Virus record (IMG/VR): IMGVR_UViG_3300023184_003237
Span: 4,746 to 68,745 of that record
Reading direction: 5' to 3' (one strand)
Length of the DNA stretch: 64,000 bases
Source: a virus
In this document: in pieces, positions 10,243 to 25,200 of the stretch
How the letters are laid out: each line of letters opens with the position of its first letter
How positions within the stretch are numbered: position 1 is the first letter of the stretch
The notes under the pieces: model-generated
The model's input: the letters and a program-made list of their open reading frames with translations, nothing else
Told to the model about the DNA's origin: nothing
Database searches by the model: none
Translations under genes and position numbers: made by a program

Positions 10243-13200
10243 ATGGCAACAAGAATTAGAACATTAAATTTTCTCCCAGAAATATTTAAAACTCCAACTA
10301 ATAGTCAATTTTTACAGGCTACGTTAGATCAACTAACGGCAGAACCTAATACTAAAAAAATACAAGGTTACGTTGGTAGTAAATTTGGATATGGAGTTAA
10401 TGCTAATGATTATTATGTAACTGAACCTACTAAGGTTAGAACAGATTATCAATTAGAACCGGGTGTTGCTTTCTTAAAAGAAAATGATACTACTGCTCAA
10501 GATTTTATTAGTTATCCAGGAATAGTTGATGCCTTAAAGGTTGAAGGTGGGTTAACTGAAAACAATAATAGACTATTCAATAGCGAATTTTATTCATGGG
10601 ATTCATTTACTAATTTAGATAAAATTATTAATTTTAATGAATATTATTGGTTGCCAACTGGACCTGAACGAGTAGTTGTTGCGACTGATATTGTGTATAA
10701 TACTTCTGACTATGTAGTTCAAAGTGTATCTAATGAATATTTAATTTCATCACAAACTTCTACAATTGCAAGTATTAATCCAACATTAACATTGTTGCGC
10801 GGTGGTACATATACATTTAGTGTAAATCAAAATAGTCAATTTTGGATACAAGGAGAACCGGGCGTTACTGGATATAGCCCAACACAAAACAATGTACAAA
10901 CTAGAGATGTGTTGGGTGTTACTAATAACGGCGCAGAAACCGGTGTAGTAACATTCACAGTCCCACAACAAGATGCATACAATGAGTATAACTTCCCACT
11001 AGGCCCTACTGTTGGCGTGGTATCTAATTTACCATTTAGTGAAGTTGAAGGAGCATTAGTAAGTTCTATTGGTGGTATAGACGGAGTAACTGCATTAGAC
11101 GGATTGACTGTTATGTTTTATGACACCGGCATTCCAAATGAAGCTGGATTTGTGCAGACTTTTTTTAGTGAAACTGAATACGATACAAATCACAATGTTA
11201 TTGTAGAACCACTAACTATTACCGCTACTGCTACTGCGGCTTCTGCAATTATTACCTTTGATGGTAACACCAATACTTATTACAACGTAGTAACATGTAA
11301 TTCAACACTTGACCTTATTGAAGGACAAACTATAACATTTACCGGTACTGAATTTGGTGGATTGACAGCGTATTCAACAACAACCGGTCCTTGCATTTAT
11401 ACAGTTACAGCGATACCTAGTCCCACACAATTTACAATAGCAATTCCGGGCTCATCAAACACTCCTGGTGGAGTGCCGTTATTGTCATTAACTGCTGCAA
11501 CCGGCACAATGATTGGAAATATAAATGAAGGTTTATATGAAGAAGGAATCTATACTCCGGTAAACTCAACATTATACACTATTACATTATTAGGAGGTAT
11601 TGATAATCCACAAATTAAATTACTTCCTTCAGGTACTATCCCTACTAATAAAAAAATAATACCTATATATGGAACAGAATATGTAAATAAAAATTTTTAT
11701 AGAAGTCCTGCAGGATACGTATCTTTAATACCCTATAATAGTGCAATCTTAGATAGATTATATTATCAAGATGGATCTAGTCCAAACAAAGTTGGTATCA
11801 TTAAAATAATTGATAGTAATGTTACTAATTCATTAAACATATTAACACAAGTTTTAGGAAAAACAAATTATACTTCGCCAAATGGTGTTGTATTTACTAA
11901 CGGATTAAAAGTTTTATTTCAGGGTAGCATATATCCAGAAAGTTATAACAACGTAGAATATTATGTTGAGGGTGTAGGAACTGCAATAGAATTAATACCA
12001 GTTACTACATTAGTTACTCCGGGTTTATTTTCAGAAGGTACATATATACCTTATGATACTTTACCATATGATATTGGTAACTATGATATAACGTTAAATA
12101 TTCCGGTTGAACCAGATTATATAACTATTGCTAGAAATGCAATTAATAAAAATGCTTGGTCAAGAAGCAATAGATGGTTTCATAAAGATGTAATTAATGC
12201 AACTGCATTATATAACAATACACCTGAATTGATTACTCAATTAGAAACTTTAAACAGTAAGGCAAAACGTCCAATAATTGAATTCTATCCAAATTTAAGA
12301 TTATTTAATTCTGGTGTATACGGTAAAGCACCTGTTGATTTTATTGATACTAGAACAAAAGATGCATTTAGTCAGGTGGCAGGACAACCTAATTATTATC
12401 CTGATGTTGCAGGATGGACAACTTATAATGCAATAATAGCACCAGTGCTTGGTGCTATTACTACTAAAACAGCTACTGCTACTAGTGGATTAACAAACCA
12501 AATTACGTTAAACAATACCACTGGATTACACGTTAATGATACTATTGTGTTTGGTGGAACAGTGTTTGGTGGAATTGTTTCTGGAACCAAATATTATATT
12601 ACTAGTATAATTGGTTCTGATATTACAATCTCTGCAATAAATCAAGGGACTGTGTTTTCATTAACTAGTGGTAGTGGGACAATGACCACTTCAATATATC
12701 CATACAGTACCACTATAACTATTCCCACAGCAGATATATCTGGATTATTTGAAGTAGGGCAATATATAACTGATTCTACACAATTATTGCCTTCAGTTAC
12801 TTTTATCACAGACATAACCAAAGTAAGCACTGATACAATAATTACTGTATCTTGGTATGATCAATCAATTATTACTGCAACGTCAGTGGCATCAGTTGTA
12901 ACCGCGGATACTTCATTAGATAACTATGCATTGTTTGATGGATCAAGAATAATTTTTGCCAATGATGATACGTTATCGGTAAGAAATAAAATATATGTTT
13001 CTCATTTCGCTACCATTACCGGTTCTTCAGTTCCAGTTATTACTCTGACAGAAGCAACCGACGGTGAAGTATTAATCGATGAACAAACTGCTGTCTATAG
13101 AGGGTATAATAATAAAGGAAAAGATTTCTATTTTGACGGCGCTATATGGATAATCGGACAGCAAAAAACAACAATAAATCAAGCACCTAAATTTGATATA

Positions 13201-16200
13201 TTTGATAAAAATGATATAAGTTTGGGTAATAATGAATATTATTTCAGTACATCATTTACAGGTTGTACCTTGTTTTCATATGGAATTGGTACTGGGTTAA
13301 ATGACACTGTATTAGGATTTCCCTTGCGCTATAGTAGCGTAGATAATGTAGGAGATATAAGTTTTGATGTTACATTGAATAGTCAAACTTTTAATTACGT
13401 GGATGGCATTACACCAAAAACACAAAAAGTTAATACTGGATATGTATACAATTATATTGATAGAACAACTCATGTAAGAGAATTGGGGTGGCAAACTGCG
13501 GTATCACCTAGTGTTCAATATCAAGTTTTTGATTTTACTTGGGAAACAAACCAGGACACATTGTTTACCTGTGACATTCCTGCAATATATACCATATCTA
13601 CAAAATGGCCATTAGTTCAAGTATACATTAACAATAGATATTTGAATGATACTGAATATACAACGGTTATAACTGACACTTCAACAGTAATAAATATACC
13701 AGTAATTAACGCAGTTGAGACTGTTATACAAGTTTTGATATTAAGTGACCAAGTAAGCCAAACTGCTTATTATCAAACACCTATTAATTTAAATAACAAT
13801 CCGTTAAATGAAGATATTACAACAGCTAATATTGGTGATATTCGTGGACAATATCAAAGTATTTTCTACAACAATCCTAACACAGTTGGACAAGTATTTG
13901 GATCAAACAATTATCGTGATTTAGGCAATTTAGTTCCATGGGGCAATAGAATTATTCAAAATAGCGCCTCGTTAGTATTGCCTGGCACATTCTTACGTAA
14001 ACAAAATCACAATTTGTTTAACTCATTGCTGTTTAATAATAGACAATATATTACTTTTAAAAATTTATTAGTTGATACGGTCAATAATACTGATTATAAT
14101 TATTATATGACAGCTTCAGTAATGCTGGATGATGCATTAGATAAAATGAACGCCTCTCATACTGATAGCGACTCATTCTTTTGGAGTGACATGTTGCCAC
14201 AAAAGGCACCATACATTAGTAATTCTTATAGTTTTGCAAATTCACTAGATGTTAGTATCTATCCATTAAGTAGAATTTATAATTATTCTACTGCAAATTA
14301 CTATGGGGTATTGGTATATTTAATTCGTAATGGAGTTCAAACTCAATTAATCAAAGGGGTCGATTATACAATAAGCACAGATACACCATCATTAACAATA
14401 ACTTTAGACTTGTTGCCAAATGATCAAATTATTATTAATGAATATAATCAAACATATGGAAGTTTTGCACCAAATACTCCTACTAAGCTAGGTTTATATC
14501 CTGCATCTATTCCGGGGGTAGTATTAGATACTGCTTATTTTATTCCTACATATTTCATTCTTGGACATGACGGTTCATATAATAAATTGTACGGAGATTA
14601 CAATCCTGAAACAAATAAATTAGTTGATTTTAGAGATCAAGTATTACTTGAATATGAAACTCGTGTTTATAATAATTTAAAATTAAGTAATGTAATACCT
14701 GTACAATTATATGAAGTATTACCGGGCTTCTTTAGAAACACTGATTACACATATAATGAATTTTTACAAATTTATAGTGAATCTTTTTTAAATTGGATAG
14801 GCCAAAATAGAATAGATTACAAAACACAATTGTTTAATCCTGGTAATAAATTTACATATAATTATAAAAATAACGGAAATAAACTTAATGCTGAGCCTAT
14901 ACAGCAAGGATATTTTAGAGGATTATATTTATATTATTACGACACATCAACTCCAAATGCAACGCCATGGGAAATGATAGGATATGATAATCAGCCATCA
15001 TGGTGGGCCGGCCGTTATGGTCCTGCACCGTATACAAGTGATAACTTAGTATTGTGGGGAGATTTAGCAGCAGGTGAAGATTGGGGAACAATTGATCCAG
15101 TCACAGGTCGGGGTATAGTTTTACCTAAATTTGTTCGTCCTGGCTTATTAGATGTGTTGCCGGTAGATAGTAGTGGTAATTTATTATCTCCGTTCTTATC
15201 AATACTTGGAGATTATGATGAAAATACTTTTAGAAGTGATTGGCAAGTAGGAGACGTTGGCCCAGCTGAATTTAGCTATCGTAGAAGTAGTTCATGGCCA
15301 TTTGATTTGATGCGTATACTTGCATTAACTAAGCCAGCAGAATTCTTTAATTTGGGTGTGGATGTAGATAATTACAAATTCAATAAAGAATTTAATCAAT
15401 ATTTAGTAAATGATAGAAGTCACTTAATAGTTACTGACATTCCAATATATGGTTTAGGTACCCCTGCCACTAGTTATATCAACTGGATTGTTGACTTTGA
15501 GAAACAAGTTGGGGTAGATGCAACTACAAATATAACTACATTATTAAATAACCTAGATGTTCGTTTAGTATATCGTTTGGCTGGATTCAGTGATAAAACA
15601 TTATTGAAATTTTATGTTGAAAAAAGTTCAGCAAATAGCAACAACAGTTCACTATTAATTCCTGATGAAAGCTATAGCGTATTATTATATGATAACCAAC
15701 CATTTGATAGAATTGTATATAGTGGAGTAGTTATACAACTTGTAGAAAATGGTTATAAAGTATACGGCAATAATCAAACTAATGCTTATTTTAAAATATC
15801 AGTACCTAAGGCAAACGGACAATATGAAAAAGTGCAGGTTGAAGGACAAACAGTAACTATACCTACATCTTTTTCTACTAATACAGCAGTAGTTCCGTAC
15901 GGTACTGTATTTTATAATGCACAAGAAGTCGCAATCTTTTTAATAAGTTATGGAGATTATTTACAACAGCAGGGTGTAAAGTTTGACCAAATAGAAAATG
16001 GAATTCCAGTTAACTGGCAACAAATGATTTCAGAATTTTTATACTGGAATCAAATTGGATGGGAGATTGGTAATATAACTACAATTAATCCAGCAGCAAA
16101 TATATTTTCATTTGATAAAGATAGTTACATTATACAACCATTAACATTTAGACAATTAAACTTTGTATTAAATCAAAATCTGTATCCAATACAATCAATT

Positions 16201-19200
16201 GATTTGTCAATTGTACGTGATGGTACTTTATTTACAGCAGCACCTGCTAACGCCGGCGACACTATTGCATACGGACAATTTAATGTTAGTAACATCGAAC
16301 ACGGTATAGTTTTTGATAATGTAACATTGTTTAATGATATAATTTATAATTTAGTAACTGGGTTGCGTCAAAATAGAATTTATTTACGAGGAACTAAAAC
16401 AGCCGACTGGAATGGCACATTAGATGCAGCAGGATTTATACTCAACCAAGATAATATTCAAGAATGGAATAGAGAAATAAAATATACTAAAGGTTCAATA
16501 GTAAAATATAAAAATAAATATTGGACTGCATTAACAATCATTCAAGCAAAAGATTTGTTTGATGAGCGTGATTGGAAACAAACTGATTACAACGAAATAC
16601 AAAAAGGATTGCTGCCCAACAGTCAAACACGTTCATATGAAAGTACATTATATTATGATATAAATAATGCTAACTTGGAAAACGATGCTGACTTATTAAG
16701 TTTTGGTTTAATAGGATATCGACCAAGAGATTATATGGCATTAGCCGATCTTACCGATATAACTCAAGTTAATGTTTATCAAAATTTAATTAAAGAAAAA
16801 GGAACTCTAAATGCAGTTAGCGCCTTTAAGGGAGCAACATTAGCACAAGGCGGAATCGAATACGATGTTTATGAAAATTGGGCTATCAAATCAGGTGAGT
16901 TTGGTGGTATATTAAATAACAACTTTGTTGAATTTAAATTAAAACAAAGTTCTCTAACAGGCAATCCATCTATTGTGGGATTAACTAATGGGACATATAA
17001 CACTGATGGAGTACAACAAGAAGTACCGTTATATAGTATTACAAATTATGGTAGACAAGTAAATAGTCCTAATATATTACCTACGATTTCACCAAGTCAA
17101 CCTTCTACATTATTTCCTACTGCCGGCTATGTTAACTTTAATGATGTTAAGATGGCTAGCTATTTCTATTCTGGATTACCATTGGCAATAAATTCAGTTG
17201 GAACTGTTATACCTATTAATCAATTCTATGTGCGTGATTATGTTTGGTTGGCAAATTATTTGTCAGAATGGCAAGTATACACTCCTGCTAGTTTGGGAAC
17301 GGTAGTAAATGCTACAAATAATTTAAACAACACAGTCACTATAACTTTTAGTAACGCACACAATTTAACAAAATATCAACTGTTTGCAATTGTTAATTTT
17401 GATGCAAACATTAACAATTATTATCTTGTAGCAGCGGTAGTAGATCCGTTTAGTGTACTTGTTAATCTTTCTTTAGACCCTAGTATCCGAAGCGTCACTG
17501 GTAACGGAATTGGGTTTAAAATGCAATCGCAACGTGTTGCAACTGCTCCGGAAATTCAAAATCTGCCTTTATTGGATAACGAATTTAATAAATTAAAAGT
17601 ATGGGTCGATACAAATAATGACGGTGGCTGGGCTGTATTTCGTAAAAGTTTAAACTATCAATATAATAAAGAAATATTAAAAGCAAATAGTCAAACATTT
17701 GGTAGTGCGGTAGCATACACAACTGACATGGGGTATTTGATTGGAGATGCAGACGCCGGCGAGGTGTACAGATATAAATATGATACCTTTACTGATGCAT
17801 ATTTATTAAATCAAACTATAGCGCATGGCGCCTCATTTGGTTCTAACATTTCATACGCAGATGATTTGTTTATAATCTCTGAGCCAACAGGTGCTAAAAA
17901 TGTTTATGTATATCAATTGATAAACACATTATTAGTTAACCGTGTTGATTTGTATCAGACAATTCCTGCGCCACTTGGGGTAACAAACTGGGGTAGTTCT
18001 ACTACATTGTCAGGGGACAAGAATTGGTTATACATATCTGATATTGATAATAACAGCGTTCATGTGTGGCGCAAGTCAGTGGTTACTGATTTGTATGAAG
18101 CGTCATATATTATTGACGGAGATGTGTTGGGATTAACAACTCCGTACAATGCAATAACATATCCACATTACGATAAGTTTGGTTATTCTATATCTACTGA
18201 TTATTACGGCGACACTGTAGTTATTGGAACACCTTTTAAGAATTATGATGTAGCCACAGAGAATTACGGTTATACTTATGTATTTGATAGGATCGTTCAA
18301 ACCTTTGAAGCACAGTCTACAATTCAACAGTATATTCCATTACAATTTGGATTAACATGGACACCTACTCCTAATGTTAAAACTGCCACTGTTATTAGTA
18401 GTAATGCAATAACATTGGATAATGTTACTGGTTTACATGACGGTGCCGCCGGCACTCCAATGGTATTTACGGGCACAGTGTTTGGTGGTATATCATTAAA
18501 TCAGGTATACTATGTTAAATCTATTGTAGATTCAACACATATTACACTTTCATTAACCCGCGATGGTACGGTACTAGCATTAACGAACAGTTCTGGATCA
18601 ATGAGTGTAGTCGCACAAACATCACCACTATATGTTTCTGTTAACGGAACATTAATTGAAGATAATACATATGCTGTTATTGGGTCAAACTTATATGCAT
18701 ACAGTAACAGTAATACTCCGTTAATTAATGCAGGTGATATTATTAGTATTAGTGGTAATAATTTTGTGTTAGCACAAACATTAACTAATGGATTAACACC
18801 TAGAGTTGGAGTAGAGTTTGGTACAAGCGTAGATACTAATAAGTTTGCAAATGAAATATTAGTTGGCGCGCCGTTTGAATTGAACAGTAAAAATTATGAA
18901 GGTGCAGTACATAGGTTTACTAATGGTGGTGAAAGCTATGGTATAATTATCGGTACTAATGATTGTAATATCACTATGGATAGAACAATATTATTAAATG
19001 GATTTAATGTTACATTACCTGCAGGAGATGCAACTACAGCATCAAGCACAATAAATTTAGCAAATATTACTAATATTACTTCTACCGCATTAAATGGTAA
19101 ATTAATAATTCAATTAATTAACATTAACTTAAGTAATCCTAACAATAAATTAACATTGGTAGCATTGGATTCTGCAACATATGAGGAAATGGGAATATCA

Positions 19201-22200
19201 ATATTCACAGAAACACAAGTAATCAATTCACCACACTTGCAAGGTCGTACACAATTTGGAACGACGGTTAAGTTTGATAAATCAAATTCCGGATCTTTTA
19301 TAGCAAGCGCACCTGTAGGTACACGATATTCTGCTACTACCTTTGATTTTACAGATGATGAATTAGACAACGATACTGTTTTTGATAATAACGCCACTCA
19401 GTGGGTAGATACTTTCACAAACGCGGGTGCAGTATATATGTTTGATTATTTGTCTACATATAATGAAAATTTAACTGCTCCGGGCAAATTCGTATATGCA
19501 CAAAGTACAAATGCTAAAGATTTAGATTACGGATCACAACCATATTATGGCACTGCATTAGATTTTAACAGCAATCGTGTTACCATTGGTACTCCTAATT
19601 TCTCACCAAACATTGTTGCTAATGACACCAATGGTCAAGTAGTTACTTATGTAAGCACAAGCGGTACTCCAGATTGGACAGTATATAGAAGTACAAGTGA
19701 TATAGTTGATGTTAACGGAATTGGGCCAATACAGTTGTATAGTGCGTCAACCAATGAAACACTAATTAATTTAGATTATTTTGACCCATTGCAGGGCAAA
19801 TTACTAGGTGCAGTACAAGAAAACATAGATGTTATATCTAATGTTGATCCGGCTGGATATAACAGCCCAGGATATACAGAAGGAAATTTAGTATGGGGAG
19901 CCGATAAAATAGGAACATTGTGGTTCAACACTACCAATTCTCGCTTTATGAATTATCATCAAAATGATGTTAGTTACAACAGCCAATGGTGGGGTAGAGT
20001 ATTCCCGGGAAGTGATGTTTCAGTATATTCATGGGTAACAAGTAATGTTCCTCCTTATCAATATGCAGGACCCGGAATTCCATATGACATAGCCAATTAT
20101 AGTGTATCAGGTGTTGTTAATGCTGAAGGATTAGTTGTCCCTGTGTATTATTTCTGGGCAAGAAATACAAATATTGTATTCACTCAACGAGATAAAACAT
20201 TAGCAGATAGCACACTACAATTATATATTGCCAACCCGCTCGGTACTGGCATTAGTTATTTTTCTCCATTGTTGCCAAACGTATTTGGTTTATATAACTG
20301 TTCAGATTATATAAACGCTAACGATACTACATTACATCTTGGCTATGCAACTGGTACTAACGATGATGTAGCACATAATCAATATAGTTTAATTAGAGCA
20401 AATTATGCAGATGATTTCTTACCGGGGTTTCCAGGATCCGGAGCTGCGTATCAATATCATGGAGCAGTGGGTATAACTCAGCCAGCTGGGCTATACAATA
20501 GAATGCTAGATAGTATGTGCGGGGTTGATAATTTTGGTTCTGTTGTACCTAACCCGTTGTTGCCAAAATTAGTACAAACCGGTGTTTTGGCTAGACCAAG
20601 ACAAGGTTTCTTCTATAATAGATTTGGAGCATTACAGAATTACTTACAATATGCTAATACTGTATTGGCACAATTCCCTATAATTGAAATAAGAAACCCC
20701 CAATTCTTGTACAGAGTAAATCCTACAACCTATGCTACAATAAATGCAAGTAATTTTAATATAGGTAAGGTATATACAATTGAAACAATAGGAACTACGG
20801 ATTTTACATCGATTGGTGCAACATCTAATACTGTAGGAGTAGTCTTTACTGCAACTGGATTAGGAACTGGCACCGGCACCGCAACCATATTAACTTTCTT
20901 AGAAGGTACAGAGTTTGATACTACTAAGTATTGGACTTATATAAATTGGTGGGCTACTGGATATAATAATAATACTAAATCATCATTACAAGTTCCTTTA
21001 TATGCTGATTTGGCCACACTAACTGTAGCCGCTGGTACAATTGTAAAAGTAGCATCAAATAGCGCAGGCAATGGAGAAACGTATATTTTAGAAGCCACTG
21101 GCACATGGACAAGAATCGGACTAGACAATGGAACAATTGCGTTTAGTAGTTATCTTTGGGATTATCCGGCCGCTAGAATTGGATTTGGAGACAATTTCTT
21201 TGATACCAATTTATATGATGAATACCCGAGTGAAGAAACTAGATATATTGTTCGTGCATTAAATGAAGAAATTTACACTAATGAATTGTTAATTTTTAGA
21301 AACAATAGTTTAATTTTATTATTTGAATATATACAAAGTGAAACAATTGAAAATCAAAACTACCTGCCATGGTTAAACAAAACATCATTGATGGATGTTA
21401 CTCACACTATAAGAGAATTAATTCCTTTAGAAGTATTCCGGTCTGACAATCAAGATTTCTTAGCAGGATATATTAATGAAGTTAAACCATATCACGTAGT
21501 AATTAAAGAATTCTTATTTAAGTATACTCGAACCGATATATTTGAAGGAGATATAACAGATTTTGATTTACCTTCTGAATATCATACTGATGTCCAACAA
21601 TTTATAACACCTGAATTAGTATATGCTAATCCAACCGGTGACACTGAATATTTACCCATTAATCCAATATGGCAAACTGCACCGTACAGCCAATGGTTCA
21701 ACAATTATGGATTAAGTATTGTAGGTGAAAATAATTATCCTATTACTAAATTAGCATCCTATGCTTCATTGTCATCAAGTTCTATATATGTAGATAATGT
21801 TTCAGGATTTCCAGTAACTGGAACTATATTAATTGGAACTGAAGAAATTGAATATAGTGATTTAAATTTAGCAACTAACCAATTGTTAGGATTGTTACGA
21901 GGTGCAAATACTACTAAGATTCAACAACATATACCCGGAGCACAAATTTTTATTAATTTGCCACCGGTATTAGTATTGAATTCAGGTAGAGGATATTCTG
22001 AGCCTCCTCGAGTTACAGCATACATCGACACTACAATATACCCTGCACCAAGAGTAGCAGCGCAACTAGAACCAATCATGGCATTAGATTCTGTGATAGG
22101 GGTCAATGTAATTAACCCAGGTGAGGGATATGCGGTACTGCCAACAATACAAATTGACCCGGCATTTATTGTTACTGCCAATAGTTCACAAGTTAATATA

Positions 22201-25200
22201 ATAAATGATACAATTGAAATCAATGCTCCTTTATTACAGACCGGTGACCTAGTAATATATTATCCTGAAGTAGGTTCTACTGCAATCGGTGGTCTAGTTG
22301 TTGGACAAAAATATTACGTGGGTGTATTAGAAACTACTCCATCTACTATTATTGCATTGTACGATACATATTTTACTTTATTGAATGACCATGACCGTGT
22401 TCCTCTTAGTAGCACTGGTACAGGAACTCAAACTTTACGTGCGGGCGCAGTTGCTTCTTGTATAACAAGTTCAATTCCAGTTAGAGAAAATAGTATAACA
22501 TTAAAATTTGACAGAACCTCATATACTTCTCAAGTAACTGATTGGTCTCCGGGCGGGTTCTATGGTTCATTTTATGCAGGATCATATAATGATAGTATTA
22601 GAGAATCATCATCATCCATTCTATTACCACTTACGCAGGAAACCGCATCAGAACCAGTACGTTCAATGTTGGCTAGCGCACATGGTATTGGGTTTGAAAT
22701 ATTAGATGTTGAAAACAAACAAACATTAACTTGGTCTTCACGTACCAGAAACACTGTTCAAACATATGATAATACTACACCATACCCAGATACAGTAAGA
22801 ATTAATCCAAGTCCTGGTGGGTCACCTGTTGATGGAGTATTAGGATCAACATTGGGATTCTACGTGGGGATGCCGGTGTATTTCTCTGGAAGCGGAGTTC
22901 CTTCAGGTAGTCCAATTGTTCCTAATACTACCTATTATGTTAAATCATTAGTTAGATTGCCAAATGCAGCTATCACTTCTGCTAATTTAATAATAGGTCA
23001 ACATTATATAATTGAATATTTAGGTACAACTGATTGGAACAATGTGGTCGGCACAACTGGGGTATCTTACTCGGTGGGTAATGCAATAGTTGTTGCGAAC
23101 ATTACTGTGGGTACTGGCAGAGCAACTCCAGTGACAACTTCTTCTGTTTTAGAAATTGGAAATAGTTATTTAATTGTTAGTTTAGGGACAACTAACTGGA
23201 ACACTGTAGCAGGTACAACCGGGGTAAGTTATACAGTAGGAAATACAATAGTAGTTAAATCAACTGCTAGCGGCACTGGGTTGGCATCAATTATGCAAGA
23301 TACTGGATTTACAATGTCATCTACTGTAAACAACGGTATACCTGGTTCTACATTGCCACTAACATCAGCTACCATTAACGCAACTGGGCTCATATTAAAT
23401 GTAGGTGAATTAACTAATATAGCTTTACTAACTATTAATTATGATGGTATTAGAACAGCAACCGCAACAGCAAAAAATACAAATGTAATTACTGCTCCGT
23501 TAATTGTAACAGGACAAGGTGGCACAAAATCTTTTTATCCTGGACTTCCTATATTCTTTACCGGCACTGTATTTGGTGGAATAGCAGAAAATCAAACATA
23601 TTATGTAACCACTGTGATTGATTTGCAAAACTTTACAATATCTACTAGCAATGATGCATTAATGTTAACTGCAATAGAAACAAGTGCTACAGGATATAAA
23701 ATTACAACTTCTAGTACATCAAACTTATCAATAAATGAGCCTGTAATATTTACCGGAACTACATTTGGTGGAATTGTTGCAGGAACTACATATTATGTAA
23801 GACAAATATTCTCAAATACTACATTCTCTATTTCAACTGCAATTAATGGGTCAGCTTTCACTCTAACCAATGCTACAGGCTCATGTACTGTTACAAGTCA
23901 ACTAAACACTGTGTCATTAACTACAGCAACTGGAACAATGACATTGAATGTTGGCTTACCGGTAAGTCCTGGTCAAATCAATGGTCAAGAATTTACTTTA
24001 TATGACACCTCTAAGTCATATCCCGGTGTTTCTGGAACTGTTTCTAATTTAATTAATAGAAAAATTTCAGCAACTTTGAATACTGTTAATAGAATTTGTT
24101 TAACTAATAAGAGTGGTGGAATAACCAATGTTTATAACAATATGAAATTTAATGTTGCTAGTAATATTGGTGGACTCACTACGTCAGGAGGGCCGTACAT
24201 TGTACAATCAACCGGAATAACTACAATAACAGTTACTAATACTAGTACTACTGGAAATTGGTTAACATTGCCGGTAGATTCTAACCCTAATACTACTGAT
24301 GTATTATACGTTGGTATGCCATTATATTTTACTGGAACAGCATTGGGTGGCATAGTATTAGATATTGTTTACTATGTACATACAATTGACAGTGGTCCTC
24401 CTGTAGGAACAGGAAGATTCACCGTCGCAGATGCAATTGATAGCAGTTCCCCCGTCACACTTACCACAGATAATGGAAGTATGACCGGTACCGGTGAACC
24501 ATATATTGCAGTAAGCAATACATTATCAGATGCTACTGGTTCAGTAACGTTAACGCAGGTAGTAAATGTTACTCCTACATTTAATGTAAGTTATATATTG
24601 GGTGGATATAGTGCTACTGTATCTTCAGCAGGATCAGGATATGCAGTTAATAATACTATTACTATATCAGGCACCGCTGTTGGTGGAACTCATCCTGCAA
24701 ATGATTTAACGTTACAAATTTCAGCAATTGATTCAAGTGGCGGAGTAGTTAGTACTATCGCAAGTGGTACTCCTGCAGGAAACAATGAACAATATTATTT
24801 CAAGGTGTATGATGTAAATCAAGTAGAAGTGTATAGTAATCCTAATTTGACCTCAGCCGTGTCAGGAGAAAATTTCCCATTCAATGGAGTAACTTCTACC
24901 ACAGCAACATCAACAGAATCAGCAACTGATAGTATTACTGTAACGAGTTCTGCCGAATTTATTATTAATGATTCAGTTGTGTTTACTGGAACTGTATTTG
25001 GTAATATTGTATTAGGACAGACTTATTATATATTAGATAAACCAACGTCAACTACAGTGACTATTTCTGCTACCCCAAATGGAAGCACATTTGCACTAGC
25101 CAATTCTTCTGGTTCAATGACCATGGCTAAATTAGGTGATTATGCATTCTTACCAGAACCATTCTTCTTTAGTTCAAGTATTGTAAAATACAATAAACAA